DNA of 63,423 bases, filler included, from Intoshia linei (lineage: Eukaryota > Animalia > Orthonectida), in the NCBI GenBank assembly GCA_001642005.1. It is 7 parts of 7 records of this genome, joined end to end, with 100 filler letters (N's around TTAATTAATTAA, not from the genome) between each part and the next. Parts side by side here need not be neighbours in the genome. Positions count along the whole stretch, not along the records: positions 1 to 16,071 come from LWCA01000888.1; 6 more parts are not named here. One strand, given 5' to 3'. Positions 1 through 12,296 of this stretch are shown here, piece by piece. The notes under the pieces are model-generated. The model made no database searches and was not told where the DNA came from. It saw only the letters and a program-made list of their open reading frames with translations. The translations under genes were made by a program, and so were the position numbers. Position 1 is the stretch's first letter. Each line of letters begins with the position of its first letter.

Positions 1-55
1 AAATGATATTAACAAAGTTTTTTTAGTTTCTTATTTAAATTTGAATGTTTTAATC

Positions 56-553
56 AGGGTTGCCAACTTCGTTATTTTCCCCCTGAGAATTCGAGTTTTC
101 AAATTCAACTCAGGGCTCAGGGTTAAGTGATATTTCTCAGGGTAATTTAATTATTTCAAACAAAATCATCAGATCAGACATATTTTATGTGATGAGTTAA
201 TTATAATTAAAAGTTATTAACCAGAACTAAGGAACAAGATTGATTCTACTGATCAATTGTGGGTTGAAATTTTTAAAACATGTTCTAATATTTCAGAAAT
301 TAAAAAAATATTTTCTAAATTTTTGTCAATACCATTAAGCAATGCTTTTGTGGAACGAATTTTTTCAATTATGGAATCTATGTAAAGAAAAGATTGAAAT
401 AAAATGAGAATAAGTTTAGTGAAATCAGAAATAAGTATAAGAATCAACTTTAACATGGAATGCAAAGACTTTATGAACTACTTAAAACATCCTGCTCAAA
501 ATAACCTTATTAATATGGCCAAAACTCAACAAAAATATAATTTTCGAAAATAA
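56..553 (+). mobile_element. hAT transposon remnant (TIR plus C-terminal dimerization domain) inserted in a Helitron
   Basis: CAGGGTTGCCAAC at 56. Frame from 251 reads DQLWVEIF...FLSIPLSNAFVERIFSIMESM*RKD*NKMRISLVKSEI (hAT dimerization motif, two stops). Bases 1-55 match the repeat at ~6613. Confidence 0.8.
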
Positions 554-685
554 TTGATTTTGATCTTGTCTTTTGTGTCATTTGTTTTTTTTCTCTAAAG
601 TATTTATCATGAAGTCATTTTGAAATGTGTTATATGCTATTTGTTATGAAAAATTTAAAGTATTCATTTTGACATTTAAAAATTG

Positions 686-939
686 CCCTGAATTTGGGGC
701 CCTGAAGATATAATTTTTTTAAATTCTCCAACTCGTTTGATTTTCAAAATGAGGGACAACAGGGGTTTTTGACCCGTAAGATATGAAATTGGGAGGTCGA
801 AATTTATCTTATTATACGTCCCGGAAAAAACTGTAATTGAAATGTGGTCTTTAAAAAATTTTAAAAATGCTAGTTATTTTAATAAAGTGGAACACACTCA
901 CACAAACAAAAATCGCGTAGCCTTTTATATAACTTAGGA
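686..939 (-). mobile_element. Non-autonomous Helitron, 5' fragment
   Basis: Reverse complement of the TCCTAA(C/G)TTATATAAAA 5' end and following sequence of the 12764 element. Confidence 0.75.
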
Positions 940-1018
940 TTAAATATCATAAGTATTTGATGAATTAAATTTAAAAAGTCAAGTCAAAAGCCTGAATAGG
1001 TGGCTCAGGACTATAACG

Positions 1019-4000
1019 CTACGCATCGTTAGTAAAAAAAGTTTTGATCTATGTTTCATTTTAACTTAATAATAACAATGTAATCATAATATTATTAAAA
1101 ATAAAGTAACCTGTTCCTGGTTAACATACCACTGTTCTACAAGTCGATTAAAATCAAAAAAGTTGCTTTCTTGAATATCTTTCGCTTCTGGGGATTTTTT
1201 ATATGATAGAATTTGTTTAGGTTCAGTAAACATATGTGATACATTTGATTGTGATTTTGTCTAATTGAATTGGTTAACATTAACATAATGTAAATAATAA
1301 TTAAAATCCTTACTCATAATTATGAATTATTATTACTCATTAAATTATTATATTAAATTACTGATTATAATAAGTAATTGCTGCTAAAAATTTGTGTCTG
1401 TGTGTAACCATTTATTGAATAAACTGACAGTCGGAGAACTTAAAAAAGACGTTAAACCATGTTTTTTCCATATCAGATAAATTTTAAACTAAAAAATTGA
1501 TAACTTTAAGGTTTAAACGCCTAGTCATCCTTTTTTAAAATGACGAGTCCTAGAATTTTAAAAAACATACTTTCTGATACAGATTTTAAAATCGTGAGCA
1601 TTGTCATAAATTTCAACCTCAAAACCTTACATCTTACCGACCAAAGCCCTATTACCATTATTTTATCAAATAAAAAAATAATCCTTGCATTTCAAGGTCA
1701 CATCTCATAGACCTTTTTCTATTTACAGATACAAAATTTTTTTAAATTTCACAAATTTACCCTTCATGGCTAAAAAACAATTTATAATTTACTATTTTTT
1801 TAGAAATTATATAATTAAAATATGAAACAGTAAATTCCTTTTTTGACGTTAAAGCGTCATTAAAAAGAGCAATTTGTGGCATTCAGTTTTCTCAATAAAT
1901 GATTGCACGCAGAGGTAAACACACATTTAAGCAACTTTTACTTAATATAATTAAAGATTTGATAGTGTCATATTTATTGTAAATTACCAATGGGACATTG
2001 TGTTGAAGTTTTTCACTAGAGCTAATATTATTGCTAATCAAAATTATTATATTAAAATATTGTTAAATTTACATAATTTCGTTAGTTTTTTCCTTGGTTA
2101 ATAGATGCACTCTTCTAAATTTGAGTATGTTTAAGTTTTATAATATAATTAAAGAGTTTCCAAACATTTGTTTCCACTAACCAAAAATGTCAAATGAAAT
2201 TTTTCGTGAATCAACCTTTAGCTAATATTTCTAACAAAATAATTATGAATAAGAAAAATTCACGACTCGTGACTACTAAGTACTGTATTGTTTTTATAGT
2301 GTTTCAACTTCTTTTTGTAACGATACAATTCAATAATTCTTGCAAATTTTTAATTAACCAACACTAATTATGAATTATTATACTACATTGTATGTTTCGT
2401 ATGTGGTTCTGAAAATGGGGCAAATTTTAATTTGATTACAGATTATATTGCAAAAAATTTAAGTACTTTAAATGATGTGGCAAGTATTGCTGTTTTCCAA
2501 ACATTTGACGACATTCTTTAAATGGACAATATATCACATTTTTAGTAATATGGTGTCTAAATTTAGGTTTTAATGATTTCAATAAAAATAAAATAGAATT
2601 AAAATTTTTAATTCTCATTGTAACCGTCCAGTAGAGCTGAACCTACAATACTCGAAACCTACCTCGGGTTCCTCCATGAAATTTGTTTAAAATTGACCTT
2701 GTTTCAAAATTGAGTATTTTAAAAAATTATATATTTTATAATATGACAACTTTTTTTGCTAGTCAAATTTAAATTTTCTAGTTTAGGCCAGTAAAGAGAT
2801 GACTAGTAGCTAGGTACTGCGTGATAAAACACATTGTTTGTAAACATTTTTTAGAGGTCAATTTTTATTTTTGATTTTCGGGAACCTCGCGCGTGGTAGG
2901 TTAAGTTCTGGTTTGGCAAATGAAAACGTTTAGAAACCAGTACTTTAACTCATTGTAAAATGAAATTTTTATTGGTATAACTTTTTATAACCATAATCCA
3001 ACCGAATAACCACACTAATTGACTTATTGATAAATATCATTTTCTATTGTAACTACTTTCTTTAAAGCATGGGTTCTTAACCTAGGATGGCGAACTAGTT
3101 TGGGGGAGGGGCGTTGACTGAAAATTTTTGAATAAAAATCATTTTACAGCAATATTTTTTAAATTTGAATGAAGTTTCGAAAATAAAGTTAAATTTTTTA
3201 CAGTCAAAGAAGCATTTTAGTATTTATTTTTCAAATTAAAAATGTAAATATTCATCCTACAATATAAAAAAAAAATTAGAATTGATTGTATATATATTTG
3301 AAGTACAGGTTCATAAATTTTCTAGTAATAAATAAAAATTGTGACCCGCGATGGTTCTAAATTATTTCATATTGATAAAATGTGACCATTCTGAAAAAAA
3401 GGTTGAGAACCCCTGGTATAGAGGAATGAAATTTATACTACAGCCTGTAATCTACAGGTATTTATTTTTTTATTCTTATTTTATATTACACAAGATGATA
3501 AAAGAATGATTCCAGTTTTTTATATGTAACGAGAGATGTACAATCATCCCATAAACATTTTCTATTTCTTCCCATACTATGCTGTTTGATGTGCTCTTTA
3601 AATTCTTTCAAATCATGAGTGTTTGTGTTACATTTGTTATAATGACAAACAAAATCTATAAAATTCCTAAATTGAAATTATACATATCTTGATGGAAATG
3701 TCATTTTTCCTAATTATTTAAAAAATTTTATCTAAAAACGCTTTAAAGTAGGATGGGGAACGGGCGGCCTTGTTTTAATAATGTGTCATTCATTATTTTT
3801 AAATTAATTTCAATTTAACAGTTTTCAATATTACTTTAGTAAATTTTAATTTAAACCTATCATATTTTAAATATTATATTTATACACATACTACATGTAG
3901 TATATCATTTTTTTAATTTATCCGTTTTATCAATTTCAAATTATTGGAATGCGGCCTTATTTGTGAAATAGATTCCCCACCATTGCTTTAACATTTAATC

Positions 4001-5114
4001 AAGAAACGTACTTAATCGTCAAAAAATTCAACTTAAATTAAAATTCTCTATGAGTGGTTCTCAACTAATGCTAACGTTTCATTCCCTTGACCCATTATAT
4101 GCTTTTCACGCACCCCATTATGTATTCAAAATATATTACAACATTAGAATAGTATTTACAACCAAGATTAATGAGAATTTAAGCACTTATTTTTTATTAA
4201 ATCCAAAATATGAGGTTGAGTAGAAGATAGAGCAGAACGTAAATCGTCTTCAACGTTTAATTTGCTTGTTTTCATTTTGTATATCTAAAAGAGTAAAAAA
4301 TTCACATAAGTACGTTGATACGAAAGGTAACAGAATTCTAATAGCGTTTGTTTCAAGTTTAGTGTATGAATTATACATCTTTAATCAAACTTTTGTTATT
4401 GATTCTTCAGCATATGCATCTTTCGCACTCGAATCATTAATATATTTTTTAAATGATTAATTTATCAATTTTCCCCGTTCAAATAGTAAAATTTGCCCTG
4501 TTGAGAACCACTGTTCTATATAATGTGTAATTTAAAAAAATTAAAATTAATATACAGTAAAATATTTATTACGAGTTAGGATCGCATGGAGTGGGTTTTA
4601 CTGATAAAATAAATAAATCATCATAGGATGTTTGTGTTAGAGGATATTGTGGGTGTTTAAATCTAAAATAAAGGATGATTAATAATAAACGTTAGTTTAA
4701 TAATACGGATGTAAAAAATATATTTAAATTATTGGATTGTATTTTATTATATTATATAGTAAGGAAAAAAAAGTTTGCGTAAAAAATATTAAATTTAATT
4801 TATTAATTGAAAATTTGTCATCCATTTCGAAAAAACTATAAATTACAGAATACAACCTGGTTCAGAATATAATGAATTTAAATAAATTACCTAATATGAA
4901 TTTTCAAGCGACCTTTGTCTGATACCATTTTGGAACAATAAAGGCATTGCAGCCTTTTCGAAATTTTACTAGAATTGTTCATTATTAAATAATATACATT
5001 TCTTTTTTAGTTTGAGAATATTTCAAATTCTAGGATTATTTAAAATTTTAAGTCAATAAAATAAATAATCTTCATATTGACAAAATATAATCAATGATTA
5101 TTAACCCTTACCAT
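1019..5114 (-). CDS. C2H2 zinc-finger protein (~250 aa, 4 fingers; fingers 2-4 are a Gli/AEBP2-like tandem)
   Basis: Phase-consistent GT-AG exons 5112-5114, 4998-5029, 4891-4968, 4573-4662, 3684-3709, 3490-3655, 2467-2556, 2073-2114, 1988-2033, 1111-1260, 1019-1048. Fingers: CLYCSKMVSDKGRLKIHIRFKH; CHYNKC...FKEHIKQH; CLWDDC...FYHLVHH; CPFKEC...LPHHLKRVH. First and last exons are less certain. Confidence 0.8.
2632..2910. mobile_element. MITE with (C/T)AGAGCCGAACCTAC-type termini
   Basis: AGAGCTGAACCTAC...GTAGGTTAAGTTCTG. Related ends at ~43003, 44260-44486 and ~48085-48630. Confidence 0.65.
3068..3415. mobile_element. hAT-type MITE
   Basis: CATGGGTTCTTAACCT...AGGTTGAGAACCCCTG imperfect TIRs. 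Confidence 0.6.
4052..4513 (-). mobile_element. Internally deleted hAT/Buster element retaining transposase C-terminus
   Basis: TIRs (C/G)AGTGGTTCTCAAC; TSD TTCTCTAT/TTCTATAT. Minus strand reads AIRILLPFVSTYLCE...LNVEDDLRSALSSTQP. Confidence 0.8.
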
Positions 5115-5123
5115 TGACTATAA

Positions 5124-5533
5124 TAGTGCGACCATATTTAATTCGTACTCAATTCGTACTATTTTTTGTTATTAGTAACCATAATAGCATCTCAATAAAT
5201 GATAATAAATTTATAAAGAACATTGGATGAAAAGTTAAGATGAAAATTATATAATTAATGATAGAATCTATCATATTATTAACAAATAATTGTTGATAAT
5301 ATTTAATTATATTTAAAGTTTTCATTAAAATTATATCGATTTTTTGGCATTGTCGGTTCAAAATATAAAAAATTTCATCTTCATATTATACTTTATTTGA
5401 TTTAATTCAGTGAAATTTTCACTGAAGAATGTTATTGTTATTTGTCACGTTTTAATTAGTACGAATTGGAGTACGAAATCATGTTATTTTCATTTCGTAC
5501 TTTTTGTATAAATTCGTACTTATGGTCGCACTA
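5124..5533. mobile_element. MITE with TAGTGCGACCATA TIRs and 7-bp TSD (hATw-like)
   Basis: Perfect 13-bp TIRs; ACTATAA at 5117-5123 and 5534-5540; repeated TTCGTAC subterminal motifs. Confidence 0.85.
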
Positions 5534-5744
5534 ACTATAATTAAAAATGAATTTATGGCATAGCTGTTAATTCTGCTCAAATTTAGCAAAAATTAAGCAC
5601 AATTTTTATGTAAAATTTGCTCATAAAATATTAGTACAAAGTCATAAATAATTCATTCAATTAACAGTTAGTGTCAGCTAATATGCCAAGAAATTGAAAT
5701 ATTGAATATAAATTTAATTTAAAAAGATATGGGTTATACTATAA

Positions 5745-8640
5745 GTGGATATCAACGTGGGAGGTAGCGCCCCAGGGGCGGTTTTCAAAATTTAAGGGGC
5801 GCTGGAAATAATATTATTAAAAATTTAAAATATGTTGTTTTTCATATTGTCGACAAAAAAAATTTGTAATTTAGTTTAAACCATTTATTGTGAACTTTTT
5901 TATAAATATTTAAAATGTATTAATTATATATGTGATGAACGCTAGGGCTGTTCAAAAAAAAATCCATGGCACACCATATACTTTAAAGTGTGTAATAACG
6001 TATGTGCCTATTAAAAATGTGTATCCAAATCAATTTATATCTTCAAAAGTATATATAAAATGTGAGGTTTATTTTTAAATATTTCATCGGTGCCAAATCG
6101 GCGCCAATTAAAATTTGTTTAAATAATTTTAAAAACAATTGTTATCCCAAATTTTTAGTTTATTAGACAAAATGTGTGTATAATATTAAAAATAAAGTAA
6201 AAACAGTCAAATTCTAAAAATTGTCATAAATAGCATAAATTTCAGAAAAATTAAAATTATAAAAACCTATTTTGTCATATTCAATGTGATAATATATATT
6301 CAGTACCAATTTAATAAATACTTAAAAATACTGTAGCGTTGCTATAGCCTTATCTGTTATATAACTTTCACGTGTATATATTAATTACATTGATACAGAT
6401 GCTATTTACAGGTGTGCTATACAAATAATGATTTATACTTTCTCAAAGTCACTTTTACAAATAGATTCTAAGAGAAGCTTTAAATTATAATTTCGTGTTA
6501 CCAATAAATTATTAGACTTATCTCATTACAAATATCAATTGTCTATCAATAATCTTTAATTTATAAACATTTCAGTCGAATTTTACCATTATTGCAAAGG
6601 ATTGTAATATAAAAATGATTTTAACAAAGTTGTTTAGTTTCTTATTTAAATTTGAATGTTTTAATAAAAACGTTTTGAAAATGAGAATTTGAAATTTAAA
6701 AATTGCATAACAATAAAAAAAATTCCGAAGGAATGAATTATATAAATTTTTACCTATATGTCTTTATTGGAAATGTGTAGACGTATAATACACATTATTT
6801 TGGAAATTGTAAGATCAATATTTACATTTTCAATTTTTATATTAATCGAAATATTTGAAAAATATTGGTTGATAATATATTAAAAATTATTTTTCACCCG
6901 GGAATGCGTGATTTCTCGGGTTGAACTTTTGTATATATATGAACTGGAATAAGTTTTATCACAATAATGAATTTTTTTAATTTTCGGACAGTTACTTATT
7001 TTAGATTTTTTGTTTTAATAAAATATTACGAAAAAAAAATATATGAATACTATAATGCTTTTTTAATCGTGAAGTCGTCACTTATTCGGATTGAAATTTT
7101 TTGTGTGTGTTAACAGGATACAACTGTACCTACCTGTAAATTTTTTGAAATTCTAGGGCTGTTTTCATAAAAAAAGAAGGGTAATCGTATTTACTTTACG
7201 TCTTTACTACCATGTATACTCACTGTCTAAAAAGAAGCAGAACTACCCTTCTTATTAAAAAAAATACATATTTTTCGAATATGTAAATAATTAAAATTTA
7301 TATTTTAGTTAATAAGTGATTAATTAACTGCTTAACAATATATTTCGTAATTGTATCTTCATCGCATTAAAGAATATATAACAGCGCCCTACCATATGTG
7401 AAGTTTACGCTGTGACTTTTAAATAATTTCGTTAAGATTGTATTATACTGTATGTTTTTGATCATATTTTCTTGGAAACTAAAACAACAAAAATATCAGA
7501 AAAAATTATTTCTCATATTGCCCTCCTAATTTTTTGTTATGAAAATTTTGCTTGCCGACTAAAATAGTTTGCCCACCCCTGATCTACAAGAAAATATACA
7601 TTATTTAAAGGTCTCTATTTTCATTCAAAGAGTTCATATTTAGCAGTGGCGTAGCGTCATAGTGTGCAAGGTGTGTGCCGCCTATTAATTTAATTTTTTA
7701 ATTATATTTTAATTTAGAAAATTTAAAAAAATTATATTTTTAACCTGAATACAATGATATCTCGATATAGTTACTAGGGTATCACACCCATCAAAGAATC
7801 AAGGGAATTAGCACTAAAAGTGTGTATTTTTAAAATATAAAAACTAATTCGCAATCAAAAACATTTAAAGCTAGCTATTCGAGTTGTGTTTGTCATTTTA
7901 ATTATTAATTTAATAATAATTTAATAATATTATGGATAAAATATAACTGAACTTTATTTTAACTGAAATTGGCGTTTGAGCTTTTAAACGTGATATCGAC
8001 TTTATAATATTGTTTTCCATGTTTAGTAGGGTTACCAACATTAAGTTATTCTCAACCCGAATTTTTAAATTCGCTTAAAAATTGGCTAAAGCGCTGCGAA
8101 GCGTGTTATTTTTTTGTTATTTAACAATTTGTTTTGGGGCCCTCTTTTACTTTGGGGTCTCTTTTTTAAAAAATAATAACAGTTTACTCACAATTTTTAT
8201 TGCAAATTTAGTCCTAAACTTTCAAAAAGTAGCATAGATAATACAGTGTGTTCCAATATATAAGAAAAATTTCACATTGAAAAATTAACGACCTCAGTCA
8301 AAAAAAGTAAAAACCAGGACTACCGCGAAATTTTTAATGTATGACTTAATTTACCACAGCCAAAAGTTTAATAAAAGTAGTATAAGCCTGAGAATAAGGG
8401 TTAGCAAGTCTTCATCAAATTTATAATTTTTAATGATCAATACAAGACGTCAGTTTCAAATTTTTGATATCCATTCATATTAGAATGGTTTCCAAATGTA
8501 ATGCTATAAAAATTTTTTATGATTCGGTCCGCCTAAAAAATTTTAAAAATAATGCGGTCCACCACGTAATTGAGTTTGACATAGCTAATTTATATCGTAA
8601 AACTGAAGGCATTGAGTAATAAGCACCCTTGTTTCTCAGA
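5745..8640. mobile_element. Nested cluster of decayed Helitron and hAT-type fragments
   Basis: ~6100-7170 is the reverse complement of internal parts of the 12764 and 15614 Helitrons. TIR-like ends include TTTGCCCACCCCTG (~7581), CAGTGGCGTAGC (7644), TAGGGTATCACACCC (7775) and TAGGGTTACCAAC (~8027). Boundaries approximate. Confidence 0.6.
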
Positions 8641-9464
8641 TACGTTTGACACCGTAACGTTGTATATTATATCTGTATAACAAAGTTATGTTTTACATAT
8701 TTCTTTATTTACTATTCTAAACGTCCTTGAAAGATTACAAAGACTTAGAAATATTTAATTGTTAATTAAAGATTTATAATATTCTTCAAGACTTTACAGA
8801 CACAATAATTCATTCATGTATTGAAATCTTCAAGAAGTTTGTGTCCATTAAAGTAGATCCAAAAATGACTATACGCTGATACCTTTCTTCAGGGTGCTCG
8901 CTTTTCTAAATTGACCATTTCAAAAACAGTTTTTTATATGTCATAAATTATGATTCATAATTATTCTGAGTGGCATGTTTAAATATGAACGGCATCTACT
9001 AACTTATTAGTAATAAGTCAAAAATAGAATTTAATTAACTAAAACATAATTCTATGCTTGAGTAATTTTATAGATTTAACAACTACAGACACAATCAATT
9101 TACTCAAAACTTAAATAAAACGCAACATTTGCGTCATAAAGTACGAATAAATTGAAAATTGAAAAATTTATCAAATAAAATAAAAAACTATAAAAGCATA
9201 AACAGTACATTAACTTGAACGAACAAGCTTGGGATACTAATATTATTTAATTTATTAAATCCAAGCCTACACTAAAAATGCAATCTATGTCACGATATTC
9301 TATAGCAATTGGTCTATTGGAATAAACTAAAACAAAGAATATCGATTATCTGTGACTATATATTCATTGATAAAACGAATAAAATTACATACTGTATTTG
9401 AAACAAATGTTTAAATTAACCATACTAAACATATAGTAAATCTATAATCTTGTCCTTATTTAAA

Positions 9465-12281
9465 ATGGAAAATTTGAAAAACTTTGAAGATTCACCAGTA
9501 ATTAAAATGAAGGAAGTGTATTGGCTGACTAAACAAAAGATTTATCGCAAATTAAATAAAAATCAAGACGATCATGTTATCGCTTGCGATTCTAAATTAG
9601 ATGCAAAATTATCATTATTTAAGAATATTGAAAAAACTACCGGTGACATGATTTCTTGTATGGCTAATTATGAAAATCGCTTGTATCGTAAGTTTTACAA
9701 AATAATACAGTGTACTTTTATAATGAGGTAAAAATGAGAAGTAAAGGTGGAAAATTTTTATATTCCTTCATGTATATTTTTTTAAATTTTATTTGTCATT
9801 AGAATTTTGTATTTGAATATTTTTACATTGTTCACTAAAATGACCACTCAAATATCACATTGATACTACATTTTGGGCTAATGAAGATTTAGAAATGTGT
9901 AAAGCTGAAAAGGATTTTGGTGCATTTCTTAGATCACGCTCCAAAATTGATACTACAGCCGTAGGTAAACTATTGCTACATACCGGAAATACCGTCATGA
10001 GATCAACTCAATCTAGGTGACAGTTAAAAATAATTTAAATTGGGTTTTTCAATATTCTAATTTAATTGATAGAATACAACTACATAAACCGATTGACATA
10101 ATATATAAGGATATGCTTACATTTGAGTCGTGTGCTATATCTGATACCAAAGTTACTATTGATAAAATGGAAAATTGCAGAAACCAATACCGTTCAGCGC
10201 TCATGTGGATGAAACAAAATGTTGAGCATTTGGATCCAGATGATTCTAAATCTATCAAAAAATACCGTCTAGTAATTGTTTATTTACAATCGTTAGTGTT
10301 CACACTAGATCCTGTAACGGTTACGGGAAGTGACCGCCGGCCCTCGGATAATTTTCCTGGTAACCACATGAATTAATTGTTAGTATCAAAAAATTGCTAT
10401 AGAAACATTAAATATACCAAATTGTTGTTGGCCATGTCATTTAAATTAATTAATTTGTATAGGTTCAAAATTACGTTCGCAAAGGAAAAAAAAAGTTTGA
10501 TAAATTTAATAATGATTGCATTCAAAAGATTGATTTATTATTAACCAGTCGATCTAATTTAATTTCTTATGTAATGGCTTCATATTATGATGAATTAATT
10601 AATTCATATGAAGAATGCTTACGATTTTCAAAACAGCTTATTCCTCAACTTCAGGGATATCAATATTATGAATTTAATGTTCTCAAGGTTTATAAACTTT
10701 TTTTATTTTAAAAATGTAATATTAAAACTAATTTTACTTGAGTGACTATGAATCAACAAACTTTGAGATTGAAAGTTTAAATACCCTTCCCTAATCTGCT
10801 TGTTACCTTTAATATTTGCGATATGAAAATTTCTAATTTGTTTATTATTTTCATTGGTATTCCGCTTTTTACATTGATTATTTTTTCCAGTCTAGACGGG
10901 AAACCCTTTTAATCAACATACTAATTGTTTTAATAATCAGTGGCTAGTTTTTGCGTGAATGACGAGTATATAATTAATTTTAATTTTAGGAATTGGAACA
11001 GTGTTCTAAGTCTTTGTGTAGTGCAACTACATCTAGTAATAGTGAAGATGCATCGTAATATATTTGTAATTGATAGTCAACTTTCCATATTCTTAGTCAT
11101 TTTTTGACAAAATACCAGTTTTTAATATACAGTAGTTTAAAAATATTCTAAGATGACTACAAAATTTTACTCAATTTAATAAACATGTATGAAATTTAAA
11201 TATTTACTTACAATTTGTTTCATAGGTTGATTGACTTTGATCTAGCGGAGAATGAATTAAACATATTTGAGTTAGAAGAAAAACCATTATCAACAGATTT
11301 GTCGTGTTTGGAACTTGATAACGACACGTTAATATCATTGAATAAAACAAATGACGAAGGACAAGATGAAATAAAAAGTTGTTTACAAAAAATGGAACAA
11401 TTTTCAAATAGTCTAGACGAGAGTGTAAGAAAATTGGACAATAATGAATTACCATTTGAAAACATGAACCATACCAAAAATGCAAACAATAATTCAAGAT
11501 TTGATGATTATCTACCTTCTTTTTTTGATGAATTATCAATGGAATCAAAATGTGAAACTAATAAATCTGCCAAGCCGAATATATATGTAATATTTATTTT
11601 CAAATGTTCAAGATTGTTTTGTAAAATTGTTACGATTCTTACATTTTTATAAGTCTTTATACGTTACGTTTTATATGGACAGTAAGGTGTCTCATGGGTA
11701 CTTAGAAAAAATATTGTTAGGGCTTAAAATTATAGTATTACTAAAATAATAAATTGTAAAATATTTTGGGCCAACTCCTAACGGCCAAGTTAGCCTGACC
11801 ATTTAAAGTTTTCTATATATATTATATATTAAAAACTTATCACTGAACTTTATTTTAACGGAAATTGGCGTTTGAGCTGTTAAACGTGGTAGCGAGTTCA
11901 TAATATTGTTCTCCATGTTTAGTTATACAGTTTATTTTTTTAAATTTGTTTCTAGCTTAATTGTTTTGAATGCTTTTAATACAATTTAAATAATGTAAAT
12001 AGCCAGAATACAATAGAAAACTATAAATGGTCAGGCTATCTTCAATATTCGTTGAAATGCATTAATATTTTAGAAATATCATTTTTTTATACTTGATTAC
12101 TATTAAACCTAAGGATGTTCAAAAATATAATTTTTATTTTTTTTTAAGACACCCTAATGGACAGTGTCCATTGGACATTTCATTATATATATTTAACATT
12201 TAGGACAACTCCCAAAATGTGTTGGACATATTATCTGCTATGGACCCATTAAGTGACCAATTTAAAGAGGAAAAATTGTAA
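9465..12281 (+). CDS. ICA1: Islet cell autoantigen 1 (ICA69/RIC-19), arfaptin-homology BAR protein
   Basis: Exons 9465-9687, 9893-10016, 10073-10271, 10463-10687, 10990-11054, 11226-11586, 12204-12281, all phase-consistent. Motifs KMKEVYWLTKQ, DHVIACDSKLDAKL, AISDT..YRSALMWMK..LDPD, QKIDLL.SR.NL, GYQYYEF and C-terminal DPLS match ICA69. Confidence 0.93.
11683..12156. mobile_element. hAT MITE (TAGGGTGTC family) in ICA69 intron 6
   Basis: TAAGGTGTCT...AGACACCCTA with perfect 8-bp TSD ATGGACAG (11675-11682 and 12157-12164). Confidence 0.85.
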
Positions 12282-12296
12282 ATTTAATTTACACTT

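Noticed and set aside
10049-11548. Minus-strand ORFs 10049-10258, 11204-11548 and 11220-11489
   Set aside because: Antisense shadows of ICA69 exons.
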